A model generated the notes under the pieces. That model saw nothing but the letters and a program-made list of their open reading frames with translations. It had not been told where the DNA came from and did no database searches. Below are positions 25,801-38,512 of a DNA stretch of 64,000 nucleotides, one piece after another; the first letter of the stretch is position 1, and each line of letters begins with the position of its first letter. The DNA comes from Monocercomonoides exilis PA203 (taxonomy: Eukaryota > Protista > Preaxostyla), in assembly GCA_001643675.2 (NCBI GenBank), contig LSRY02000005.1:124001-188000 (forward strand), written 5' to 3'. Both the position numbers and the translations under genes were made by a program.

Positions 25801-27486
25801 CCATCTCGCGTCAGCGGTGTAAAGAGTGGAAGCTCATCGAGAAGTGGAACTGTTCCTTTAGGCAGCTGGAAGCGACGAAGATTCGATGTGTGCTGAGGGC
25901 TTCTAAATGACTCTTTCTTCATGATGCGAAGGAATTCCGATTTAGCATCAGTTTCGCTGTCATCAATCATGCGTCCCGAGTCTTCAGGAGGGAGATCAAA
26001 GAAATCATCATCAGCAACATCATCGTCACTGCCTGCCTCAGCTGCAAGAACATCTCGCAGCAAACATCCATCTTCAGTCAAAAGCTCGTATCCTCTGTTC
26101 ATATAAGATGCATATGATCCCATACTTTCCAGCACTGAATGATGTTTTGTTTCACTATCTGCGCTTTCGACTTCCTCGTTTCCATGTGCATGAGCTTTTT
26201 CCCAACCCCATTCTTCTTTTTCTCTCACTTCTTCTTCAGATAACGCTTTCAATCCCTTGTTTTGTTGCTTGTCTGATTTGTGGCGAGGGATTGGGTTGAT
26301 AACAGGATCGAAATAAAATGCTGGCAGAGTTGGAGCGTCTGGCTTCACATACATCAAAAGAGGATGATGATAAATTGGCACAACAACTTTGCGTGGGCGA
26401 GAGTTGTACAGATGGGGAAATGCAATTTTATATTCCGTACGGATTTTTGTTCTAACAATGATCTTGTGCAGATCATTGAACTCATTCCAGTCTTCCTCAA
26501 CATCGGCCACATCTCGGAAGAGTGGTTCAAAGCGAGGACCTCCTGGAATCACTTGAGATAATGCTTTTGAAGTGAAAAACGAGGGACGGTCAAATAAATA
26601 AGAATAGTTTGGATCAATAAGATCAGATATCAACTGTCCTGCAAGCTGATATAAATTTGACATTATTGGTACTGTCAAATTCCACCATTTGTAACTTGGC
26701 CCATTCACATATTTTGTGTCTTGTAAGGGTTTGTGATCATAAAACCAATCATAAACTGCAGCATCTTCAGTTTCAAGTAATGTCATTTGGACAGGTTCCA
26801 AAGGTTCTGAATCCAAAAAGTTATCCCCGTAATCCATTGGCTGTTCTTCATCGTCAAATGGTGGAAATCTCATACGTTGAAAGTGAGCACGCTCTTTTTT
26901 CTCTCTTCTCATTGCAATCCACATTGTACCCCATTGAGCAATAAAAATTGGTTCAACAACTCGAGGTGTTTCGTTAACAAAAGTGATTGCACCAGTGATG
27001 TGATAAAGAACATGTACATTCCTCACTTGCTCCCAAGGCCTGAAGAAAAATAAATGATTAATTTCAAATTGTTGAAAATATAAGAAAATAACGAATAATC
27101 AATTCATACATTGGTATGTTTTCCAAAAGTTTAAATACTGCGTGGGGAACATATTTTAAAGCACCAAGATACACACGTTTGTCGTTTTTAAACTTTTTGC
27201 TCGACATATCACCATGATCTTTAACAATCTTTCTTAAATGATCAGGTGGCATATCCTTTAAAGCACAAAACACTAAATTACATAGAAAAGTGTTAAATCA
27301 TGCACACTTCTTTGGCTATTTGAATTGCACCACTCTTTTTTCTTTCTCCATATCTTTTTTTCTGGAATTGAATCCAAGCACGTGCTACAATAATATATTT
27401 CCGAACAAAATGTATTGATATATTCGATTGCTTCAAAAGGTTAAAATTTCATTCACACCTTTATCTTCAAGCGCTGGATCGGACAT
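19806..27486 (-). CDS. PRP8: Pre-mRNA splicing factor Prp8 (U5 snRNP), ~2,494 aa, 4 exons
   Basis: Blocks match Prp8 as I know it ([73 protein letters not shown]). Exons 27486-27459, 27384-27308, 27255-27110, 27039-19806 join in frame ([22 protein letters not shown]...). Confidence 0.98.
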
Positions 27487-27641
27487 CAAGAAAAAAAAAA
27501 GTGATCCAATGCCCATATGGTTACAATTCGAAAAATAATAATATTTCTTTCAAAAATAGTTTTACAGGTGAATTATAACGTAGTGAGTAATTAATTAAAG
27601 ATTTGAGTGTTTTCACATTTGAACCCAATATTTTGATTATT
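27487..27641. promoter_or_regulatory. Probable compact bidirectional promoter between PRP8 and the CFAP69-like gene
   Basis: Divergent ATGs at 27486 (-) and 27642 (+) are only 155 bp apart. Promoter function is inferred from geometry only. Confidence 0.55.
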
Positions 27642-30600
27642 ATGAACTCAAAAAAACCGTTTGAACGGTTTACGATTGAGGATGCTTTAGCAGAGATTGA
27701 ACATGTTGTGCTTACTAACATAGATAAGCACTTCACTTCATTTGCTCAAAGACTGCTTGAAACTTATCAGGACGGATATGTTTGATTCATTTTTCTTCTT
27801 TTTATCTTCCTTTCATGCATAAATTCATATTCAAATTAAATGTGTGATGGATGACTCGTAAATCGTATAATACTTGAATTGAAAATAAAAATTAATGAAA
27901 TTTACAGTATTTGAACGAAGCAGCAGAATTACTTAGTTTTCTTCAGATTTTGTTAAACTATTACACATCTCTGGAAGATGACGATCAAGAAATATCACAA
28001 AAAGACATTTGTGCAGAAGCTTACAATAAACTTATTATTCATGCAGCAAAACCATGGCTTTCATTTCGCATGGATGATGAAACAACATATTTTCAAGAAG
28101 GATTGAATTTATTGTTGTTTATTTTTGATTTAAGGAATGAAAAGGATTTCAACAAATCTTCTTATCAAGTTTTGCGCTCCATCGTTGACCAAGCACAGCT
28201 TTCTGAACCAACACCTGTTTCACCTTCTCCCTTTGTTCTTCACAAAAAGCAATTAAATGAGTCAACAAACAATGGTCATTCTCAATTATCTGCAACTCAG
28301 GCAACACCTGCTATTCCGTTGGCTACAACAGCTGCGCTTGGCGGATTGGTGGCTGGTGCGGAGAGCCCAGATGATATTATTGTTAGAGGATTATCTGGTG
28401 TCTTTTGCAGACGCCTTATCATTGAAGGAGATATAACAAGAGAACTTGTCCAAGAAATTCATGAATATTTTATGTGTTCTGAGCTGCAGTGGTGCAAAAT
28501 GACAAAAGAAAAGGAGGCAGAGACAGTTGAAGGGCAGCCATCACCTCTGCAAGCATCGACAAACACTTCAGCCTCAAAGACATCAAAGAAGAAATCATCT
28601 CTCATTCAAAAAGAAAAGTGCACTCTTCCTTTTCCAATCGAAACATTGCCAGTTGAAGCTGTTCTTGTGCTGGAAGAGCTCTCACAAAATAAGTACATTT
28701 GTGCTCAGCTAGCGTCGTCTCCGTTGTTTGTGGAGGATCTGCTGTGTGTTGTGTCATTGAAGCACAACGATGCATCAGTCATTGGACGCATCCTAATTCT
28801 GACTGGAAACGTGCTTGAGACTTGTGTTGAAATGGCTTCAAGTGGAGTTGGAGTTTGGGCAAGTGAAGAGGAAGACGAATGTGCAGACCCCTTTGACCTT
28901 GCAAGCTTTTGTGAGTGTGATTGTGATCTGAGAGGCAGTGACCAATCGCAACAAGCAAAGAAAGCAAATAAAAAGAGAAAGAGAGATGGAGATGGCAGAT
29001 ACAGCACATCAGCAGCTGATCCATCAAATCGCTCGAATCCTGCTTTGTATCACCAGGGTTCTTCTGCATCGTTTCTGATGTTTGGAGCTTCACCATCTGC
29101 CTCATCTTCCAATCCAAACACATCTTCTTCGTCTTCTTCGTCTTCTTCCTCTCCTTCAATTTCTCCTTCCTCCTCCTCCTCCACATCACCCACACGTCCC
29201 CGTGGCCCCATCATCAAAACAGAGAAGATTCTGAATCGCAGCTTCACCTTCAACGGCATCCGCTATGCTCTCATCTGCCGTCTGCTCTCTTCGATGATCG
29301 CTGGCCAGTTTGAGACAGCCATCACTGCGCCTCAAAAGGAGACACGCAACACTCTCCTGTCTTTCGCTGCCATTGTCCTTCGCCTCCGCCACTTCGCCCA
29401 CTTCTTCGTGGCTGAGTCGCGGGAGCTGTTCAAAGCAACTGTTTTGGCTGTCTTTTCTGCTTCGTACTCTTCATCTTCCTCATCATCATCATCTTCTTCT
29501 TCTTCTTCTTCCACTTCTCCTGCTTATTGCTCATCCACCACACCAATGTCTGCCTCATCTACTTCTCCTGCGAATTCAACACCTTTCTTCAACTTCACAT
29601 CCACTCCCAGCGAAAAGGCGTCTTCTGCCTCTTCAAACAGCTCGTCGTCTGCACTTGCTCAAATCAGCGCTGCTCTTCTTTCCTTCACAGCAGCCAATCA
29701 ACCTTCAAACGGCGCATCTGCCTCTTCCTCTTCCTCTGCCTCCGAAGCCAGCAGCGCTGCCCAGCCGCTGAGTGATGCTCAGATTGAGTCTTTGAGAGAG
29801 CAGTTTCGCCCTTCCCTCGACGAAAGCGTTGTGTTTGGTGCTTCTCCGTCTCCTGCACGCGATGCACTCGCCAGCTGGAACCGAAATGGAAAGCGGCATG
29901 TCGGTTTGCTCTCAGAACTGATCATGTTTCTCGAAGGAGTCGTCTACTTTGGCAGAGAAGAGGCGCGGAAGAAGGCAGAGCAGAAGGAAAAAGAGAGACT
30001 TATTCTGCTGCAGCGGCAGACACAAGGGCAATGCACATTCAATTCTACGAGTGCGAAGCTTCCTTCGCTCAGCGAGACTGCTTCACAATCAATCAGTCCA
30101 TACACACCAACTGGTGCTGCATCAACCATTCAAGCCAGTTTCTCTTCCAGCTCCTTAGCAACTGCTGGCACGCTATCCAGGGCATCACAACGGCCTTCGT
30201 CTCCTTCTCAGCGGAATGCCAAGCTGAACAGCACTTCTCTTTTGTCCACAAAGGCAGCTGGCTCAACTGTGCGCCGTGCATCTTCAGCGATGGACAATCT
30301 GACAGCATACATTTCTCTTCTGCCCACGCCCACTCGTCCGAAGAGCAGCCCTTTCTTTTCACTCGCATTTGGCATGCCTCTGAATCAGACCATCCCCAAT
30401 CCGCGTCAGCTGTCCTCTGATGCTGACTACGATGCTGTGCTTGCCTCTCTTCTTTTGCTGAATGAGCTCTGCCAGTGTGAATGTTCTGAGTCCATCATTG
30501 AACACTCTTCACTGGGCGAGTCTTTGTGGGAGCTATTCGATCCACTCCTTTCTGAAGAGGAGGAAGGAAACGAGGCAGAGGAAGAGCAGAACGCTCAATC

Positions 30601-33600
30601 AAATGGTAATGCCAGTTCAAGCAGCGAAGAGAAAGACAATACTCCGCCCACTCCGCTGCTCCCTCCGTTCAGCGGACCCACGGAATCCACTCCTTATCAG
30701 CCTGCACAGACATCGCAGAGAAGGTCTAATTCTCCGTCTGCCCTTTCTCGCACACGCGCCTCTGCTTCCCACTCTTCCCAGTCTCCTGCCAGACCCAACT
30801 CGCCCACTCGCCCTGCTTCTCCATCGCGTTCTCAGCTTCCTTCTCTCGCCACACCCAGCCGCTCAAAAGCAGCTCTCAAGCCATCTTCGTCATTCACCGT
30901 GTTCTACTCTGAAGAGCAGGTCGAAGTGCTTCGCGAGGCAGCACTCACTCTCCTCTTCACACTCGCTGGCTTCTGCCCTTCCTTGTTTGCCAAGCCACTC
31001 CAGAGGCACACAGATGTCCTGAATGCATCGACTGGATCGTCCAGCGCATCATCATCTTCCAACACTCAATCACAACAATATTCAACTTCTGTTCTTCCAC
31101 AGCCTTTGGAAAGAGCACCTCCTCCTGCTTCCAGCATGCCAGCTGATATCGCATCAACTTCATCGTCTATCGCTGAATCGCCTTCCACTTCACCTGTCGA
31201 GTGTGCCCCAGCACAGATGGTGAGTGGCGTGTGCCTTCTGCTCGGCTACTGTCTGAAGAGCATCCACTCTTATCCCTCACGCTTTGAGAGGTTTATGTCT
31301 GTGCTGTTGTATGGCTGCGAGCGGAGCGACGTCTTCAGAGAAGCCGTCCGCTGCTCTGAACTGTACGACAAGCTTGTTTCTGTCGTTTGTCCTGCTTTGC
31401 TCCCAAGCACCCCTTCTTCTTCTTCTTCTTCATATTTAGGCAGAACTCGCCCATCTCCTTCGCAATATCCTTCATCTACCCAAACAACGCCACAGAAGCG
31501 TACCCCTTCGCCTTCTCGTTCAAAGCTCCTGCCATCAATCTCATCAAGTGCTGAAACCCCACTCGCCTCAACATCTTCAATAAGACCATCATCGTCTTCT
31601 TCATTGGCTTCCTCTGCTTATTCCCTTGCTTCTCCCACTTCTTCTCCGATAAGATCCATTTCTTCACCAAAGATTTCTGAGCATTCACAAGGAATGATCC
31701 TTCATCTGATCTCTCTTGTGTCTCTTGTGCATTCATCCGCATTTGTTTTATTCAATCCTCTGAACGAGGCACCAGCCAACAACCCTCCAATTGGCTATCC
31801 ACAAATCGCATCTCCGCGGCAGATGCAGCCTCATTCGTACAGCTCAGACCCGATGTCGATGATGGGGATGGACAACCGCTACGGCTCTGATCTGTCTGGG
31901 ATGTATGCGCCAGGCATCTCCACAACAGCGAATCTGCTGAGTGGTGACACAGCTGGCACACAGACACCGCTGTGGGCACAAAGCGGAAGAGGAATTGGGA
32001 CGCCGGAGGATTCGAGCAGAGAAGAAGAGGATGCAAAGACGGTAGCAACGGGCATGTCGATTCTGGGGACGCAGATGGATCAGGTGTCAACAGCAGCACT
32101 GCACGGAATGAAGATGAGCAACAACGCGTATATGGGGATGGATGACGATCTGAGTGTGAACGACAGGAGAGGCAACAAAACAGCACAGGAAATGGGAGCA
32201 GGAGGTGTGCAAATGCCTGCGGAGAACACAGCTGTCTCTCCACGTCCCCACATCGCAGCGCCAACAGCAGCAGACGGAGGAGGTGTGGATGGGCTGATGA
32301 GCACAGCGTTTGTTGGAGGCGGGGCAGGGAATCGCAGCAGAGACAACATCGATGACAGGGCATCACGCTATTCAGCACGCACGAATGTGGCGACAGTGTC
32401 ATCGAAGGCATTCACATTTGGAGGGAGCAGGCTGCATTGGATAGACAAGGAGAGAGACAGGCAGAAGGGAGACAACGGAGACGATGATGAGATGAAGACG
32501 CAGTTGGAGTTCGAAATGAAAGGGAAGGACGGAATGGGAGGTGCGCGCCTGATAGACGAAGAGGAAGAGGAGGAGATGCGAAAGAAGAACTTGAAGGAAA
32601 AGAAGATGAAGCGCGAAAAGGAGATAGCCGATGCCTTCCGCTGCCAACTCTCCGCACGCCTGGCACCTTCAGTCACTGTTGGACACGCGATCAGCTCTCT
32701 CCACACTGTTGTGAAGTATCCCTCGCTGGTCACTTCTCTTTCTTCGCAGCTGTCAAAGGTCACTCCACTTGACTCAACACAGCATCTGATGTTTCTGTCC
32801 TCCTGTCTGCACGCCCTGTGGTCTCTCACCACAAACAACCCTTTCGTCAAGATGCTGTTTCTCGCAGGCAACTCAACAATCTCCAAAAGCAGCTACATTC
32901 ACCCGAACGGAATCGACATCGATGCAATGATGAACTCAGCGGGTGCACAACAGCACAACCAGTCACTCCTGTTCTCTTCAACTGTGTCTTCCACCACTGC
33001 TTCTTCGACTGTGGCATCGCCATCGTATTCTGCCTGTTCGACTGTCAGCAGCTCCCGCCGCGAGACAGCCAGATGGATGGAAGGCGACCGGTTTGCCGAT
33101 GCAAACTCGAAAAACCCGCTGGACTCTGTTTTGGTGCAGTTGTGCTCCAAAATGGCTGCGCAGTACAACCAGCACATAAACTATGCAGCTCTTCAGCAGG
33201 CACTTGCATCTGCTCAGCAGCTGGCAAAGCAAGGACAGTCACAGAATTCTGCTCCGCTATCAGCAGGCATGAATTACCCAGCTGAATCGGGTTATGCCCA
33301 TCCTGATGGAGAAAGCGGAGGCAGCTCATTTGACCAGCAGCACAGCCCGATGATGCGAGGGAGTTCGTTGGCTACTTCCTCATCAACACTCGCATCTGGC
33401 TTCCAATCATATGCTCAATATGGCTATCTCTTTGGCCCACAATCGATGATCAACTCACAGTTTTTCAGTGGGCCTTCGTCAGCGCGCCCGATTTCACCAT
33501 CTGCATTCACAACAGTCACGCTGTCCTCAATCATTTCTGGTGGCCACTTTCCTCAGACGCCAGGAAACCAGCAGCAGTCGCTTAAAGTGGTTGGACAGTC

Positions 33601-36600
33601 GTCGGCAGTGGCATCGCATCTTGTGCCTCAGCTGCACATTCCCCGAACAGCTCAGATTGGCTCATTTTCCACATCAACAGCAGACGATGGCTCCACAATG
33701 CAGACTACAACAGCAGAAGCAACACAGCCCACAGCAGATGGCATTGTGCAGTATGACTCAGTCTATCCGCATGTCCTGTCATCCACCATTCCATCTGCAT
33801 TCACTTCACATTCACTCAACTCTCAGCCATCAGATGTCAACAATGCACAGCAGAATGAGTTCGTTGTGAATGGCACTGGAGATGTCTACGCTTCTTCAGC
33901 CACTCCATCCAACATGCTCAGCCAATCAGCGTATTACTCCCAATTCGTGCCGCTTTCAATTAAAACAGGATCAAAGTCGATGTCTGGCGTTTCATCCACA
34001 TCATCCACGCCTTCTGAAATGAATCAGGGTGGAATGGGATTACTGGCATTTAACCCGTCAGACGGGAGTGGGCTTCTGAGGGACGTGGGATTGAAGGACG
34101 TAATGACAGGCGATGGAATAACAGCAATGCAGCTTCAGTCAGGAGATTATGGAAGTTCAGCTTCGTCGTCTGTGATGAGAGATGGTATCAATCCATACTA
34201 CGGGGTCAATCCGATGAACGGGGCGATGGGCGCAGGAGGTGTGGGCAGTGCGAAGGAGAATATGAAGCTGACTCCGAACGTTCTGCAGTCGCTGATGGAT
34301 GCGGAGGAGTTGAAGCAGCTGTGTCAGATTCTGCTGTCAAATGGAACAGAAAGCTTCCTTCTGAACTCAGACAGTGGTGTGGCTCTGCTGCTGTCGATGT
34401 TGGAGAGAATTCCTCCGATTCCAGAAATGAAAATGGAAGGTGTTCTTGTCGAAGAGGAAGAGAGCAGCAACGACGATGCAAATGAGGATGATTGCGATGA
34501 AGAGGAAAAGGAGACGGATGAAGAAGACGGATATGATGACTCTAATGAAATGAGCGAAGACAGTTTCAGCGAAGATAAGCAAGTGGAGGCTTTGCTGGGG
34601 AAGAAGATGGATGCTGGTTATTCAACACAAACGAGAGAGAGAGGTGCAAATGAAAGAGAGTATTCAAAGCAAAGAGGACGTTCAGTTAAGCGATTCTACA
34701 CTGTTCCTTCAGGAACACTTCCAACTCGAGCCACACTACGTGAAGCATCAAAGATGATCAGCGAGAAAGAAGCAGAACGGCAAAAGGCCAAAGAAAAGGA
34801 AAGGGAAAGAATTAAAGCTGAGATGAGGGCAATGATGGGAGACGAGGAAGACGAGGATGAGGATGAGGATGAGGAAAGTGAAGAAGATGAAGAGGAAGGC
34901 AGTGCGCAGGGAGAAAGTGAAGAAGGATGCGAAGTTGTTGACAGATCCATGAAGCGTTCTTCTGCTCTGACTCAAAAGAAGCACAAGATGTATGACGATG
35001 AGGAAGACACGCAAATGTCGAGCACACGAAAGAGCATCCGTGTGATGGGAGGTGGAACATTCCAGCGAGCGCAGGGCAAACAAATCGTTGGGTCTGCTAT
35101 CAGCAGCGGAACCATGTCGCGTTCTCTGCGCAGCTCAAAAGGAGCGAGTCTGAGGAATGGCAGCGCTGGAACGGGCATTCGCGAGAGAAGCTTTAACTTT
35201 GGTGCGACAGATGCAGCAAAAGAAGGCGATGTGTTGGAGGAAGGGCTGACAGATGCAAACGGAATGGCTCGTCCGTCTTTTGCTTCTTCGACAGCCGCAA
35301 AGGAGCTGGCAACTACACGCAAGTGGGGCATGCTCAGCACCGATCCCAGGGCCAGGCGCATAGAAGCGAAGCTGTCGTCAACTGGAGAACGACAAAGAAG
35401 AAGTGAAAGGAGGAACAGAAGCAGAGACTTTGGAATGAACACCATTGAGGAAGTCGGAGAAAGAGAGGAAATGCAAGAGGATGAAGACAATACAGAAAGT
35501 GACTGCAAAGAAAGGGAGCGCTATTTGAGAAGAGGAAGCATGGAAATGAGAGAAGACGAATGCAATTTGGATGACGAGCAGCAGAATGCAATGGCAGAGA
35601 ACAAGAAAAGGAGACATGTTCAGATCTGCTTGCCGTACCAAGAAAGAGACAACGAAAGGTCAAACAAGACAGAACATTATATGGATACAGAGAAACGAAT
35701 GAATGCATCTGAAAGAGAAAGAATCAGGGGTGGCAACAGCACATGCACTTCAGCACAGAAGTGGAAGACGATGCAAGGCACGCTCATATTAAGTGAATAC
35801 ACGAGCGGGGCGATGAGCAGCACAGTTGGCGAAGAGCGAATTCAGCAGGCAAAGGAAGAGCGAGCACGGAAGCGCCAGGCTGAGCTGAAGAGCACAATTT
35901 ACAGAGAGAAGGGGTCTGTGTCATCGGGGCTGATGGGGATGCAAAAGAAGCATCTGAAAGAGCAGCCATCGGAAGGGAAACGACACTCAAAGCAGTTGGC
36001 TGTGCATTCACGCGGGGTGTTTACAACAGACAGAACTGATGGGAAACATATGTCAGTGACAATCGGAGGCAGCGGAGGAATAAACAGTGATGTCGTCACG
36101 CTCACATCTGTTGATGGAGAAGGAGGTGCCAGTTCTCTGATGAAGCTGGCTGATCGTGGTGCTGTCGTGGTGCATCTTGTGAGTGCTGTGCTGTCGCTGC
36201 TGGCTGATGTGCTCGTGATGGGATCAGCTGTGCAGCGTGCATTCCATCAGTGGGTGTCCTCACAGACAGGGCGTACAGGAGTACAGCTGCTTGTGGCGTT
36301 GTGGTGGAGAGAAGAAGAGCGGCTGATGATCGCTCCATCGAAGGACGCTGCAAAGGCAACAGGTGACACGACGCTTCAGACAGAAGAAGGGAAAGCGATG
36401 CTTGCAACAACAACAGCTATTGGAATGGGCGGAGGAAGTGGAAGCGGAACAAGCGAAAACGGAGGATTTTCAGGAGCCAAGTCAAAGAAGACTGTGAATG
36501 ATCGTGTGGGTGTTGTGCCATTGCCACACATTTCTCCGTTCATTCTGTCGAGCATTGAGCATCCTCTGCAGGGAAGACGCTCGGCGCTGCATGACTCGTT

Positions 36601-37820
36601 GTTTGATGCACTTCGCGAAGACGAAGAAAAAGAAGAGCGAGAAAGAATGGGAGAGACAATCTCGGAAGCACAAGATGGCAAATTCAACAAAAATGGTTAT
36701 TCCACAAGGCCAAGGCCGACCACAATGAAGAATCGCACGAAAAAGCAAGGAGATTCAATGCGAATGAGCTCAGCCTCAGCAAAGATGTCAGCATCTGGCA
36801 GTCCATCGGGTGTTCCATCGCTCTCATCGCCTGCTGCGCCGTCAGACACAGAAGAAATACCACTTCCGCCTCACCTCTCGTGGCATCTGCCTCCTCTCAT
36901 AGGAAGAGATGGCGAGGTTGTAGACTGGGCACACTTTGATCTGAGAAGGAAGATCTATTCCGCACTTCAGGCATCTGGCATATTCGGCGAGTTGGATGCT
37001 ATCATCACAGACCATTTGAACAGCCGCCCAGGTGCTGCCCATCCATCTGCAGCTGCTGGGTCCTCTGCAACTAGTACTCCTTCATCGACTCCTCTGTCAA
37101 CATCCGTCTTTCCAGCGTCTGACGAAGGAGACAGAGAGAAAGCGTCTTCAGCTGCTGCTGGAAAAGTAGTGATTTCTCATCCCTCTCCACTCCATGTCTC
37201 TCTCCCTCCCATTTCATCGACTGGCCCAGTTCCATCATCTGCACTGTCGCAGTCAACAACCTCATCCACCACCACTTCCTCTTCTTCCGTCTCTCCCATC
37301 ACACCCACCGACCCTCTCATTCCACTTAAGCAGCGCTCCGTGCTGACTTCTGCTGAGCTGTCGCTGCTTGTCCTGATGCGTTCGTTCCCTCTGTTCAGTG
37401 AGGCTGAGCAGTGGGATGCCCTCCACGCTGAGCTTGTCGGACAGGAAGCCACTCGCCCAGTCAGTCCTGACGCTGAGGACATGAAGGCAAGAGCAAGAAT
37501 AGCCAAGAATCACGCTTCTGTTTGCTTTTTGTTTTGATTTATACATTTTTTCCAATAATTTTATATTGTTATTATTATAATTGGTTATTCTATTTATTTA
37601 GGAGATACAAAGCATTCAGCGCAGCATTCTTTTGAAGCACGAAGCAGAAATGGAAGAAAGTGCACACGAATTCTTTGGCTCCAAAATTGGACAGAAAAAG
37701 AAGCTTGCCGAAACTAAAGTGGATATGAAAGTGCTTCGAGAAGTTATCAAAAAGAGCTCTCCACCTCATCCTATTGTATTCGATGCTTCTGCGATGGGGA
37801 AAATGCCATCTCACAACTGA
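27642..37820 (+). CDS. CFAP69: Cilia- and flagella-associated protein 69 homologue, expanded to ~3,320 aa by Ser/acidic low-complexity insertions
   Basis: Exons 27642-27779, 27908-37519, 37602-37820 (GTTTG...AG introns, phase 0). Blocks AKPWLSFRMDDETTY, VQLLVALWWREEERL, DLRRKIYSAL and LTSAELSLLVLMRSFPLFSEAEQWDALHAELVGQEATRPVSPD match, in order, my recollection of CFAP69 N- and C-terminal blocks. Not database-verified. Confidence 0.72.
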
Positions 37821-38209
37821 TTTTGATTTATAATGTTTATTTCTTTTACAGATTCTTCACTTTATTTGAATTTATGATATCAATTCACCATTAATACAAG
37901 TTTGTTTCTATTTTAAGAATCCATTTTTTGTTCTAATCTCCACATTATAATTAAAGAAGAGAATTTTTGAATTGAAGATTATTAGACAGCTAGTAATCAT
38001 TGAAAAATCTGACAAAGAGAAAATACAGCAAAGGGTTTTTTTCCAAGCTATTTTGATTGATTTTGAAAAATAAGTTTAATTATGTTTTCATTTGTAAGAA
38101 TGTGTTAATTTGCATATGTATTTAGTTATAATCTAGATGAAATGTTTAAAATCTTTATAGAAAAAAAAAATCTCCATAGATAATTTTAAAAAAGAAAAAA
38201 TATTTACAT

Positions 38210-38500
38210 TGTCGGAAAATATCAGACACGCAAGAAAAGAGTTAAGTCCTCTTCGGTGGTGTGAAAAATTAGAAAAGTGGGAAGATTAAAGATATTTCCT
38301 TCGGCGAATTGAAAAGGAATACGCAAGAAAAGAATCTAACCCTTTTCAGTGAACGATGTCTCAAAGAGTGGATTTCAATCAATTTTTTATTTGAAAAAAA
38401 AAATTGATGTCAATTTTTTGGCATTCGCCATTCTGAGTAAACGTTAGGCTTGTCTTACTCAGTCACGTTTGTGGCATCTCGTTATTTCGAAGATGCCCAA
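38210..38500. ncRNA. Candidate structured non-coding RNA or structured 3'UTR (identity unknown)
   Basis: More GC-rich than flanking intergenic DNA. Hairpins at 38310-38317/38341-38348, 38419-38430, 38433-38440/38455-38462 and 38473-38481/38488-38497. A 13-nt direct repeat ACGCAAGAAAAGA occurs at 38228 and 38321. Sm-site-like AATTTTTTG at 38412. Confidence 0.35.
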
Positions 38501-38512
38501 AATTCTGTTCTC

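Noticed and set aside
24867-25910. 347-aa + strand ORF inside PRP8
   Set aside because: It is antisense to a highly conserved coding region, locally GC-richer, and has no recognisable motifs.
19806-37820. Alternative genetic code (TAA/TAG as Gln, known in some oxymonads)
   Set aside because: Multi-kb exons are open in the standard code, and TAA terminates PRP8 and the E2 at the expected positions.
38425-38470. SECIS-like hairpin on the minus strand (GTGA...AA...GA)
   Set aside because: The natural stem register does not give the tandem G.A quartet, and the upstream gene ends in TAA with no in-frame TGA.
38210-38512. Identification as U1/U2/U4/U5/U6, U3, RNase P/MRP or SRP RNA
   Set aside because: Diagnostic motifs (U5 loop, U2 branch-pairing region, U6 ACAGAGA, C/D box pair, intact P4 helix, SRP helix 8) were not found by eye.
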